From positions 72,673 through 136,672 of the forward strand of contig CAWGPZ010000006.1 of assembly GCA_963824605.1 (NCBI GenBank): a stretch of DNA of 64,000 nucleotides, in the 5' to 3' direction. This document shows, one piece after another, positions 1 through 8,771 of the stretch. Positions within the stretch are counted from its first letter, which is position 1; every line of letters begins with the position of its first letter. Under the pieces are notes generated by a model, which saw nothing but the letters and a program-made list of their open reading frames with translations, was not told where the DNA came from and did no database searches. The position numbers and the translations under genes are program-made. The stretch is from an uncultured Actinomycetota bacterium. GTDB lineage: Bacteria; Actinomycetota; Actinomycetes; JAHEKZ01.

Positions 1-611
1 TCGCCGGCGAAGCCGACCAGGCTGTCCGGGAACAGGGTGAAGCCGGCATTGTTGAACGACGACACGGCGTGGAACAGGCCGAGCCAGCTCGCCTCCCCAA
101 AGGCATAGTCGTATCCGAGCCACCATCGCAAGGTGAAGGTGACCATCAGCACGGCTTCGACCGTGAAGGTGAGAATCGCCACTCCGCGTACGACTCGTCC
201 GACCTCGCCGAGCGCGACGTTGCCACTCTCGGTCGACGTGTAGAGGCGAGCGCGCAGGCCAAGACGACGAAAGACGACGACGGCCACGATGGCAGTACCG
301 GTCGAGATGCCGAGGCCACCGGCCTGGATCAGCACCAAGATCACGGCTTCGCCGAAGCCTGACCAGTGTTCGGCGGTGTTGACCGAGGTCAGGCCCGTGA
401 CGGTGACCGCCGAGGCCGATGTGAAGAAGGCCGTGACGACGTCCGTGCCGCCCGGGCCGCTACGCGAAATGGGCAGCAGGAGAAGGGCCGTGCCGACCGC
501 GACCAACCCGAGAAAGGCGGTGGCCACGTAGGTGGCCGGACGCACCAATCGGGTGATTGGTGCCTGCCGTGGAGGGCGATCGGCGCCTGACGCCACCGGA
601 CCTCCACCCAT
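1..611 (-). CDS. TrkH/KtrB-family K+ uptake membrane protein, N-terminal ~203 aa (continues beyond window start)
   Basis: My translation of the minus strand from the ATG at 611 gives MGGGPVASG..ATYVATAFLGLVAVGTALLLLP..FFTSASAVTVTGLTSV..VILVLIQAGGLGIST..FHAVSSFNNAGFTLF. It is TM-rich with pore-loop-like motifs typical of TrkH/KtrB. It is absent from the ORF track because no stop lies inside the window. Confidence 0.7.
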   Translation of the reverse strand, partial: MGGGPVASGADRPPRQAPITRLVRPATYVATAFLGLVAVGTALLLLPISRSGPGGTDVVTAFFTSASAVTVTGLTSVNTAEHWSGFGEAVILVLIQAGGLGISTGTAIVAVVVFRRLGLRARLYTSTESGNVALGEVGRVVRGVAILTFTVEAVLMVTFTLRWWLGYDYAFGEASWLGLFHAVSSFNNAGFTLFPDSLVGFAG

Positions 612-662
612 CGACAACGGCCTCTGGCGTGCGAGACCCAGAGGCAAACCTACGATGAAGCA

Positions 663-2021
663 GTGAGAGAAGCCTTGAGCACGTCCCGAATGGGTCTTGG
701 TGTTGCGCTTGCCGCCGTCCTCGTGGTGTCAGCGTGCTCGTCTGACGAGGCTCCCACCGTCGAGACCGGGGCGGTCGGTCAGCAGACGGTGATCGAACGC
801 GTCGAGGCTCCTGCGTCGGTCGTGGCGGCAGCAACGGCGGTCGTGACCTCGCCGGCCAATGGCACAGTTGCCCGGGTCGTCGTGCGCGACGGACAGCGGG
901 TCAAGCGCGGCAGGACGTTGTTCGTCGTCGACTCGCCTGAGACCGAGCAGCGGTTGGCCCAGGCTGAGCAGGCGGCGTCCGGAGCCCCGGCTCCGGTCGA
1001 CCTGCCGCAGGCGTCCACCGGAGCATCGGCGCAGCAGGCAGCGGCCGCCGCCCAGCGGGCGTTCGCACAGGCGAGGGAAGCCGCCAAGCAGATCCAGGAC
1101 AAGGACCTGCGCCAACAGGCGTTGCAGCAGGTCGCTGCCGCTGAGGCGCAGCTCGCGGCGGCGCAGGCGCAGGCACAGTCGACCGTGGACCAGATCAACA
1201 GCAGCGTCTCGTCGCTCGAGCAGACGCTGGGCTCGTTCACCGAGGCGCAGCAGGCGCAGGCACAGGCAGCCGTCGGGGCGGCCCGCAAGGCGGTGGTCGC
1301 GCTCACGGTGAAGGCCCCGATCGGCGGTCGCGTCGTGCTCGGGGCGTCCGCAGGGTCGGGTGGCGGCGACGACTTGTCAGGCCTCGTCGACCAGCTGCCG
1401 TCCTCCCTTGCCGGACAGGCTGAGTCGCTCCTTGGGGGCGGTGGGGGAGGTGCCGGCAGCGGCAGCTCGTCCGGCATCGTGTCGGCAGGCAGCCCGGTGA
1501 GCGACGGCGACCCGATTCTGACGATCACCGACACCTCTGAGCTGTCGCTGCGCGCAGAGGTGGACGAGACCGACGTCTTGCTGGTGCGCAAGGGAGTCAG
1601 GGCCGACGTCGAGCTCGACGCCGTTCCTGGGGCGCGGTACCGGGCTGTTGTGCGAAACGTTGACCTGTCGCCCAGCACGTCCAGCCGGGGAGGCGTCAGC
1701 TACGTCGTGCGGCTGGCCCTTGGTGGGGGAACTCTGGCCGATGGTTCGCCCGCCCCGACCCCTCGGCCGGGCATGTCGGCGGTGGCGTCGCTGCGGGTGA
1801 TCACCTCCGAAGACACGACCGCGGTTCCGGCGGCTGCGGTGTTCCGCGACGGTGATCGCGATGCAGTGTGGGTCGTCAACGACAACGTGGCTGAGAAGCA
1901 GTACGTCGCTCTTGGCGCGCAGGGCGAGGAGTACCTCGAGGTGGTCGACGGACTCAGCGAAGGCGACACCGTCGTCGTGCGGGGTGCCGACCAAGTGGTC
2001 GAGGGCGAAGAACTGCCGTGA
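663..2021 (+). CDS. HlyD/MacA-type efflux periplasmic adaptor lipoprotein
   Basis: 452-aa ORF. It has a signal peptide plus lipobox (LVVSAC), a long Ala/Gln coiled-coil region and a beta-barrel-type C-terminus. The stop overlaps the start of the downstream ABC ATPase (GTGA). Confidence 0.8.
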   Translation: MREALSTSRMGLGVALAAVLVVSACSSDEAPTVETGAVGQQTVIERVEAPASVVAAATAVVTSPANGTVARVVVRDGQRVKRGRTLFVVDSPETEQRLAQAEQAASGAPAPVDLPQASTGASAQQAAAAAQRAFAQAREAAKQIQDKDLRQQALQQVAAAEAQLAAAQAQAQSTVDQINSSVSSLEQTLGSFTEAQQAQAQAAVGAARKAVVALTVKAPIGGRVVLGASAGSGGGDDLSGLVDQLPSSLAGQAESLLGGGGGGAGSGSSSGIVSAGSPVSDGDPILTITDTSELSLRAEVDETDVLLVRKGVRADVELDAVPGARYRAVVRNVDLSPSTSSRGGVSYVVRLALGGGTLADGSPAPTPRPGMSAVASLRVITSEDTTAVPAAAVFRDGDRDAVWVVNDNVAEKQYVALGAQGEEYLEVVDGLSEGDTVVVRGADQVVEGEELP

Positions 2022-2720
2022 CGACACCGGCGATCGAGGCCGTCGATGTGACGAGGGTCTACTCCTTGGGTGGCGCCGAGGTGCAGGCTTTCCGCGGTGT
2101 CTCACTGCGCGTCGCGCCCGGCGAGTACGCAGCCATCGTTGGTCCGTCGGGATCGGGGAAGTCGACGTTGATGCACCTGCTCGGTCTGCTCGACCGACCC
2201 AGCAGCGGAGTCATCACGGTCGGGGGACGTGATGCGACATTCGCTGTCCGATTCTGAGATGGCGACGCTGCGCAACGAGACGATCGGGTTCGTGTTTCAG
2301 TCGTTCCAGCTGCTGTCACGCACAACTGCCATCGACAACGTTGCGTTGCCGCTGCTGTACCGAGGTGTCGCCAAGGGCGAACGTCGCGACCGCGCGGAAG
2401 CTGCGCTTGATGCCGTCGGTCTGTCGGGCCGCACCGGCCACAAGGCCACCGAGCTGTCGGGGGGCGAGCAGCAGCGCGTGGCGATTGCGCGTGCACTGGT
2501 CGGTGAGCCCCAGCTGCTGCTGGCCGATGAGCCCACGGGAAACCTCGACACGCGCACCGGCGGCGAGGTGATGGAGGCTCTCGAGCGGTTGAACGCCGAG
2601 CGCGGAGTGGCCGTCGTCCTCGTCACCCACGATCGCGACATCGCGCTCCGCACGCAGCGGCAGATCTACGTTCGCGACGGCCTGATCGAACGCGATGAGT
2701 CGTCGGCGATGATCACGTGA
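2018..2720 (+). pseudogene. MacB/LolD-type ABC transporter ATP-binding protein, split by a 1-nt frame disruption near 2222-2232
   Basis: ORF 2018..2257 carries Walker A (GPSGSGKST). ORF 2229..2720, in another frame, carries the Q-loop (IGFVFQSFQLL), the signature (LSGGEQQR) and Walker B (LLLADEPTGNLD). The switch lies at a run of five G at 2222-2226. Confidence 0.85.
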
Positions 2721-3901
2721 GGCTGGCGGAGGCGTTCCGGGTCGCGCTGGGGGCATTGCGAGCAAATCGGTTGCGCAGCTTGCTGACCATGCTCGGGGTG
2801 ATCATCGGCGTCGCCGCTGTCGTGGTGCTGGTGGCGATCGGCAGCGGCGCCAAGCAAGAGGTCGAGGCTCAGGTGGAGGGGCTCGGGTCGAACATCATCT
2901 TCGTGGTGCCGGGGTCTGTCGAGTTCGGATCGGCACCGTCGATCAGTCGCCTGCAGATCGACGACGTCGGCTACCTAGGCCGCGTGATCGGGAATCCGGA
3001 GTCGGTGGCGGCCACGGTGTCCAGTGGCGAGACGGTGACTGTCGGGTCGACGGAGGTCTTCAGCACGATCGCGGGAACGAACGAGAACGTCCCCAACGTC
3101 TTCACCCGTCCGATCGCTCGAGGTGAGTACCTCACAGAGACCGACGTGGACACCCGGCGACGCGTTGCCGTCCTTGGGAGCGGTGTCGCCGACGCGCTCT
3201 TCGGTGACGTCGAGCCGCTCGGGCGTCAGATCACGATTGCCGGCGTCCGGTTCCGGGTGATCGGGGTCTTCGAGGAGGTGGGATCGACCTTCGGCGTGAG
3301 CCGGGATGACGAGATCCATATTCCTGTCACGACCGCGCAGCAGCTCTTCGGCGTCGACCGCATCGACGCACTGGCGGTCAAGGCGTCGACGATCGACGAC
3401 GTCGAACCGCTGCGCAAAGAGATCCTGGACGCGTTGAAGGAGCAGTACCCCGACGACGAGTTCTCGGCGGTGACCCAGAGCCAGATCCTTGGAACCCTTG
3501 GCGAGATCCTGGGGCTGCTGACCCTGGTGCTGGCGGCCATCGCCGCCATCTCGCTTCTCGTCGGTGGTGTCGGCGTGAGCAACATCATGCTGGTCTCCGT
3601 TCGCGAGCGAACACGTGAGATCGGGCTGCGAAAGGCACTTGGTGCCAGGCGCCGCGACATCACGGTGCAGTTCTTGATCGAGGCCGTCCTGCTCACCACT
3701 GTGGGCGGCGTCATCGGGATGTCGATCGGGGTCGGCGTCGCCTTGCTGGCCGACGCCTTCTCACCGCTGCCCGCCGTGATTGCCTGGTGGTCGCCGGTGC
3801 TTGCCTTCACGGTGTCGGTGGCGGTCGGCGTCTTCTTCGGCGTCGTTCCCGCCCGGCGAGCGGGGAAGCTGGAGCCCGTGGAGGCCCTGCGCAGCGAGTA
3901 G
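2717..3901 (+). CDS. MacB/FtsX-type ABC transporter permease
   Basis: 394-aa ORF with an N-terminal TM helix, a large periplasmic MacB_PCD-like domain and a C-terminal FtsX-type 3-TM bundle (REIGLRKALGARRRDI). It overlaps the ATPase gene. Confidence 0.85.
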   Translation: MRLAEAFRVALGALRANRLRSLLTMLGVIIGVAAVVVLVAIGSGAKQEVEAQVEGLGSNIIFVVPGSVEFGSAPSISRLQIDDVGYLGRVIGNPESVAATVSSGETVTVGSTEVFSTIAGTNENVPNVFTRPIARGEYLTETDVDTRRRVAVLGSGVADALFGDVEPLGRQITIAGVRFRVIGVFEEVGSTFGVSRDDEIHIPVTTAQQLFGVDRIDALAVKASTIDDVEPLRKEILDALKEQYPDDEFSAVTQSQILGTLGEILGLLTLVLAAIAAISLLVGGVGVSNIMLVSVRERTREIGLRKALGARRRDITVQFLIEAVLLTTVGGVIGMSIGVGVALLADAFSPLPAVIAWWSPVLAFTVSVAVGVFFGVVPARRAGKLEPVEALRSE

Positions 3902-3977
3902 CTCAGGGGCCACTGGCTGCGCCGACCCATGGGAACCGCCAAGTCGTGAATGCTCAGGCGTTCGGTAGCGTGCCAAT

Positions 3978-5156
3978 GTGACGGGAGCCGCGCGGGTCTA
4001 CTGGGACGACGTGATGACCGGGTACGACTTCGGCCCCTCCCACCCGATGAACCCCCTGCGCCTCGACCTCACGATGAGGCTGGCGCGATCGCTCGGAGTT
4101 CTCGACACGATCGAAGTCGTCGCCCCGACATCGGCCACGGGTGCCGAGCTCGAGCTGGTGCACACCCCGGCGTTCATCGAGGCCGTGAAGCAGTGCAGCC
4201 AGGCCCACTCGCCCGGCGACCCTGCGCACGGACTTGGGACGCCGGACGTCCCGACCTTCACCGACATGCACGAGATCTCGTCGCTGATCACCGGTGCAAC
4301 GGTTGATGCCGCCCGCGCGGTGTGGCGCGGCGAGGTGGCACATGCGTTCAACCCTTCGGGTGGGCTGCATCACGCGATGCCCAACTCCGCGGCCGGTTTC
4401 TGCGTGTACAACGACGTTGCCGTCGGAATCGCGGCCCTGTTGGACGCCGGTGCCGAGCGGGTGGCGTATGTCGACATCGACGTCCATCACGGCGACGGCG
4501 TCCAAACAGCGTTCTGGGACGACCCTCGGGTGCTGACGATCTCGATTCACGAAGACCCGCGCACGCTCTATCCGGGCACGGGGCGACCGTCGGAGCTGGG
4601 CGGATCAGCGGCTCAGGGCTTTGCGGTCAATCTTGCTCTGCCGACCCGGACCGAGGACGACGGCTGGCTGCGAGCGATTCACTCTGTGGTTCCGCACCTG
4701 CTGCGGGCTTTCGATCCGCAGGTGCTGGTCACGCAGCACGGCTGCGACACGCACTACCTCGACCCGTTGGCCCACTTCGCACTGAGCGTCGACGGCCAGC
4801 GAATGGCGGCCGAGGCGCTGCACACCTGGGCGCACTCGTACGCCGAGGGGCGCTGGGTGGCAACAGGCGGCGGTGGCTACGCGGTGGTCGACGTGGTCCC
4901 GCGCATCTGGACGCTGGTGATGGCGGAGCTGGCGGGATGCCCGATAGCACCAGGAACGCCGGTACCGGAGGAGTGGAGTCAGTACGTCCAGCAGCGCACC
5001 GGGAAGCGCCCCTTCCCGTCGATGACCGACGGCGGCGAGCCGACCGTCGTCGACTGGTCGACCGGGTACGACCCGGATGACCCCATTGACCAGGCAATCC
5101 TTGCCACGAGGCGGGCCGTCTTCGCACACCACGGGCTCGATCCGGAGCGCGACTAG
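3978..5156 (+). CDS. Acetoin utilization AcuC / histone deacetylase-family protein
   Basis: 392-aa ORF with class I/II HDAC motifs: GGLHHAMPNSAAGFCVYND and DIDVHHGDGVQ. Confidence 0.85.
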   Translation: MTGAARVYWDDVMTGYDFGPSHPMNPLRLDLTMRLARSLGVLDTIEVVAPTSATGAELELVHTPAFIEAVKQCSQAHSPGDPAHGLGTPDVPTFTDMHEISSLITGATVDAARAVWRGEVAHAFNPSGGLHHAMPNSAAGFCVYNDVAVGIAALLDAGAERVAYVDIDVHHGDGVQTAFWDDPRVLTISIHEDPRTLYPGTGRPSELGGSAAQGFAVNLALPTRTEDDGWLRAIHSVVPHLLRAFDPQVLVTQHGCDTHYLDPLAHFALSVDGQRMAAEALHTWAHSYAEGRWVATGGGGYAVVDVVPRIWTLVMAELAGCPIAPGTPVPEEWSQYVQQRTGKRPFPSMTDGGEPTVVDWSTGYDPDDPIDQAILATRRAVFAHHGLDPERD

Positions 5157-5338
5157 GGGACCAGGGCCAGTCCGCGCGGAAGTGTCGGGGCCGATCGAGT
5201 GACCACCTGTCGGGTGATCAAATCGTCACAGGAGTTCCCTCGCGTCACATCCGTCACTACGCTGTGCCGAACGCACGGGTCGCCGTGGCGCCGGAGGGGA
5301 AGCCGGCGCCCGGCCCGTGCGGCACGGAATGGGGACAC

Positions 5339-5575
5339 ATGGAGCAGGACCGGGATGAGAGCCGGGACGAGAACCGGCCGCCCGAGGACGCGCCGCTCGG
5401 GGGAGCCTTTCTGACGGTGGCCGAGGTCGCGGCGCTGATGCGCGTCTCGAAGATGACCGTCTACCGCCTGGTTCACGCCGGCGATCTTCCGGCAGTGCGG
5501 GTGGGGCGCTCGTTCCGCGTCCCGGAAGAGGCTGTGCGGCGCTACCTGCGAGACTCGTTCGTCGAGGCCGGCTGA
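5339..5575 (+). CDS. Excisionase/MerR-type helix-turn-helix DNA-binding protein (Rv0500A-like)
   Basis: Internal ATG of ORF 5264..5575. It carries the HTH_17-type motif LTVAEVAALMRVSKMTVYRLVHAGDLPAVRVGRSFRV. The conserved neighbour is the bS22 gene. Confidence 0.75.
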   Translation: MEQDRDESRDENRPPEDAPLGGAFLTVAEVAALMRVSKMTVYRLVHAGDLPAVRVGRSFRVPEEAVRRYLRDSFVEAG

Positions 5576-5671
5576 GCCCGCCCTGATCGACGCCTGACCT
5601 GCCCCGGTATCCTTCTGGGGCCGGTGCGCGGCGTCCTTGCCGCGACCGTTCAGTCCAAGGAAGAGATCACT

Positions 5672-5770
5672 GTGGGTTCTGTCGTCAAGAAGCGCCGCAA
5701 GCGGATGGCCAAGAAGAAGCACCGCAAGCTGCTGCGCAAGACGCGCGTCCAGCGTCGCAACAAGAAGTAG
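5672..5770 (+). CDS. 30S ribosomal protein bS22 (Rv0500B-like, 32 aa)
   Basis: My translation from the GTG at 5672 gives [32 protein letters not shown], with a TAG stop at 5768-5770. An AAGGAAGAG Shine-Dalgarno sequence lies just upstream. The ORF is too short for the ORF track. Confidence 0.8.
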   Translation: MGSVVKKRRKRMAKKKHRKLLRKTRVQRRNKK

Positions 5771-5803
5771 TCGCAAGTAGCGCTGAGCCGGCAGGAGGTA
5801 CCC

Positions 5804-6823
5804 ATGGCGCGCGTGGTGCTGGTCACCGGCGTCTCGCGGTACCTGGGTGGACGGCTGGCTCGCCTGCTTGCCAGTCACCCTGACATCGAGCGCGTTGTCG
5901 GCGTCGACGTAATTCCCCCTCCGGACGACCTCGGTCACGCAGAGTTCGTGCGCGCCGACATCCGCAACCCGGTCATTGCCAAGGTGATCAAGGCCGCCGC
6001 CGTCGACACGGTGGTGCACATGAACGTCATCGCGACGCCGATGGGCGCCGGAGGGCGCTCGGCGATGAAAGAGATCAACGTCATCGGCACGATGCAGCTG
6101 CTGGCGGCGTGTCAGCGGGAGCCATCGGTGCGCCAGCTCGTGGTGAAGTCGTCGGCCATGGTCTACGGCGTCTCGCCGAAGGACCCAGCACTCTTCACCG
6201 AAGACATGGAGGCCATTCGGCTGCCGCGCTCGGGATTCGCCAAGGACTCCGTCGAGGTCGAGGGCTACGTCCGCGGATTCGCGCGTCGTCGTCCCGACGT
6301 CGACGTCACGATGCTGCGTTTCGCGAACATCCTTGGCGCGGGTATCGACACACCGCTGTCGCGCTACCTCTCGCTGCCCGTGGTGCCGACCGTGATGGGC
6401 TTCGACGGCCGGCTGCAGCTCACGCACGAGGACGACGCGTTGGACGCCGTACAGACCGCTACCTTCGGCAACGCTCCGGGCACGTACAACGTGTCGGGAG
6501 ACGGCGTCCTGATGCTGTCGCAGGCGATCGCGCGGGCGGGGCGGTTGAATCTGCCGCTGCCGACGCCCGTGGCGTCGGTGACACGCGACGTCGTCAGGCG
6601 TTTTGGGCTCATCGACTTCACGTCCGAGCAGATCGAGTACTTCAAGTACGGGCGCGGCGTCGACACCAGTCTGATCAGAGATCAGCTCGGCTTCGTCCCG
6701 AAGTACTCGACGCTCGAGACATTCGATGCGTTCCTGCGTGCGCACCCCTTGGGCCGCATCATGCCGTGGGACGCGCCAGACGAACCGGCCCCGGTGTCGA
6801 GCATCGGGGGTGGCTTGGCGTGA
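5804..6823 (+). CDS. NAD-dependent epimerase/dehydratase family protein (GalE2/Rv0501-like)
   Basis: 339-aa ORF with an N-terminal Rossmann motif VLVTGVSRYLGGRL. Its position matches the Rv0501 position in the conserved synteny. Confidence 0.8.
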   Translation: MARVVLVTGVSRYLGGRLARLLASHPDIERVVGVDVIPPPDDLGHAEFVRADIRNPVIAKVIKAAAVDTVVHMNVIATPMGAGGRSAMKEINVIGTMQLLAACQREPSVRQLVVKSSAMVYGVSPKDPALFTEDMEAIRLPRSGFAKDSVEVEGYVRGFARRRPDVDVTMLRFANILGAGIDTPLSRYLSLPVVPTVMGFDGRLQLTHEDDALDAVQTATFGNAPGTYNVSGDGVLMLSQAIARAGRLNLPLPTPVASVTRDVVRRFGLIDFTSEQIEYFKYGRGVDTSLIRDQLGFVPKYSTLETFDAFLRAHPLGRIMPWDAPDEPAPVSSIGGGLA

Positions 6824-7721
6824 GCGATGCCAGGGTGATCCCGCTCAATCCCGAGCGCGAGCCGAACGACGGGGTGCGTCGTTCCCAGGAGAGCAGCAGC
6901 TGGCCGGTGCCCTGCGCTTCCTGAGGCGTCGGCTGGAGGGGTCGTACCAGGTCGACGACTTCGGCTTCGACCGAGAGCTCACCCGCGACGTCCTTGTGCC
7001 CGCGATGCGCCCGCTCTACGAGAAGTGGTTCCGGGTCGAGGTGCACGGGATCGAGAACGTGCCAGCTGACGGCGGCGCGCTGATCGTTGCCAACCACTCG
7101 GGCACCATCGCTCTCGACTCGCTCATGACCCAGGTGGCTCTTGCCGACCATCACCCAGCACATCGCGAGCTGCGAATGCTCGGCGCCGACATGGTGTTCG
7201 CCCTGCCCTTCGTGGGCACGGTGGCGCGTCGGGCCGGCCACACGCTGGCCTGCAACCCGGACGCCGAGCGGCTGCTCGAGGCGGGCGAGCTCGTGGGGGT
7301 GTGGCCCGAGGGGTTCAAGGGGGTCGGCAAGCCCTACTCCGAGCGGTATCGACTGCAGCGCTTCGGCCGTGGCGGATTCGTGTCGGCCGCACTGCGCACA
7401 CGCGTGCCGATCATCCCGACGTCCATCGTCGGGGCCGAAGAGATCTACCCGATCCTGGCCGACGCCAAGTTGCTGGCCCGGATGTTGGGCGTTCCCTACT
7501 TCCCGATCACCCCGACGTTTCCGTGGCTGGGGCCGCTCGGCATGATCCCGCTTCCGAGCAAGTGGCACATCGAGTTCGGCGAGCCGATCATGACTGACGT
7601 CTTCACCGACGGCGCCGCTGACGACCCCATGCTGATGTTCAACCTCACCGACCAGGTGCGTGAGACCATCCAGCACACGCTCTACAAGCTGCTCATGCAG
7701 CGTCGCAGCGTCTTCTTCTGA
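6820..7721 (+). CDS. Lysophospholipid (1-acyl-glycerol-3-phosphate) acyltransferase family protein; N-terminus probably disrupted by a 1-nt indel
   Basis: The main frame (ORF 6726..7721) has the HX4D motif (ANHSGTIALD) and FLRRRLEGSYQVDDFGFD. The conserved N-terminal peptide VSDARVIPLNPEREPNDG starts at the GTG at 6820, overlapping the upstream stop. That peptide is in a different frame, which stops at 6924. Confidence 0.7.
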
Positions 7722-7860
7722 CCCCAACGTCCTTGGGGCCATGTCACATGGGTTCGGTCATTTCGAACCAGCGCCCCATCATGCCTCCGACGGATCCTCA
7801 TTCCTTCATTCATGGGTAGGTGCATGGTTCGGTCATTTCGAACCGATGTGACATGGCCCC
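7722..7860. repeat. MITE-like intergenic repeat, copy 1 (TIR-to-TIR 7735..7860, preceded by a CCCCAA-N5-TTGGGG hairpin)
   Basis: It has perfect 15-bp terminal inverted repeats, GGGGCCATGTCACAT ... ATGTGACATGGCCCC. The module GGTTCGGTCATTTCGAACC occurs twice in direct orientation. Homologous copies lie at 30605..30744 and 60411..60546. Confidence 0.8.
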
Positions 7861-7871
7861 TAAGTTGCCGG

Positions 7872-8750
7872 TCACTTGCGGCGGCGGCTGGAGACGACTC
7901 CCGCGGCGACGCCGGCCGCCGCGCCCACAACAAGCGCCGACGGGACGCCGATGCGCGCGGCCTTGCGTCCGGTGCGGTAGTCGTGCACGTGCCAGCCCAG
8001 AGCCTTGGCGTGCCGACGCAGCTTTGCGTCCGGGTTGATGGCCACCGGCTGGCCGACGAGCGACAGCATGGGGATGTCGTTCGACGAGTCGGAGTAGGCA
8101 GAGCAGAGGGCCAGGTCGAGGTTCTCGCGCTCAGCGAGCGCGCGGACTGCCTCAGCCTTGGCCGGGCCGTGCAGCGGTGCCCCGGCGAGCTTGCCCGTGT
8201 ACACGCCGTTGGCGATCTCGGACACGGTGCCGAGGGCGCCGGTGAGCTCGAGCTTGCGCGCGATGAGTGAGGCCATCTCGACAGGCGCAGCCGACACGAG
8301 CCACACGCGTTGGCCGGCCCGCAGGTGGGTGCGCGTCAGCTCGATGGTCTGGGCGTACAGCTTGTCCTCGATGCGTTCGTCAAAGATCTCGTCGCCGAGT
8401 GAAACAACCTCGGCCACCTCGTGTCCGGCCACGAAACTGAGCGCGGCGTCGATGACGGAGGCGATGTCGTCGGTGTCTTCGCGACCGGCGACTCGGAACT
8501 TCGCCTGCTTCCACGCGAACGAGCTGACATCGCCCATGGTGAAGAACTTGCGCTTGGCCAGCCCCCGGGCCAGGTGAAAGAGAGAGGCTCCACGCACGAT
8601 CGTGTTGTCTATGTCGAAGAACGCAGCAGCGTACGGATCGACATTGAGCTCTTGGGTGGTCTCGGCGCGCTGTGCGGCTGCTTCGCCTGCGACGACGGCA
8701 GGGGGGCGCCTTGGTTGGCCGAAGGGGTCCGTGGGATCCGTGGGGGTCAC
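7872..8750 (-). CDS. HAD-IB family hydrolase (SerB-like phosphatase) with C-terminal membrane anchor
   Basis: 292-aa ORF with HAD motif I (FFDIDNTIV), later DSSNDIPML, and a hydrophobic C-terminal tail. Confidence 0.8.
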   Translation of the reverse strand: MTPTDPTDPFGQPRRPPAVVAGEAAAQRAETTQELNVDPYAAAFFDIDNTIVRGASLFHLARGLAKRKFFTMGDVSSFAWKQAKFRVAGREDTDDIASVIDAALSFVAGHEVAEVVSLGDEIFDERIEDKLYAQTIELTRTHLRAGQRVWLVSAAPVEMASLIARKLELTGALGTVSEIANGVYTGKLAGAPLHGPAKAEAVRALAERENLDLALCSAYSDSSNDIPMLSLVGQPVAINPDAKLRRHAKALGWHVHDYRTGRKAARIGVPSALVVGAAAGVAAGVVSSRRRK

Positions 8751-8771
8751 GGGTTCAGCCTAGAGCGCCGG

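Noticed and set aside
5153-6745. 530-aa minus-strand ORF antisense to the HTH, bS22 and epimerase genes. Similar long shadow ORFs include 10076..11125 (-), 20281..21417 (-), 25375..27171 (-), 35291..36496 (-), 39913..41364 (+), 53615..54988 (+) and 60298..61296 (-).
   Set aside because: They are Arg/Pro/Gly/His-rich, low-complexity translations with no recognisable motifs. They lie exactly antisense to genes with clear family signatures. This is the typical stop-codon-poor shadow frame of high-GC DNA.
7660-7851. Short ORFs encoding similar peptides (..SHGFGHFEP.., ..THGFGHFEP.., ..THRFGHFEP..) at 7660..7851, 30463..30711, 60417..60695 and 60456..60749. They could be taken for a small-protein family.
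   Set aside because: The similarity comes from the nucleotide repeat (the GGTTCGGTCATTTCGAACC module) read in one frame. The ORFs differ in length, strand and context, and lack ribosome-binding sites. A DNA/RNA-level element explains them better.
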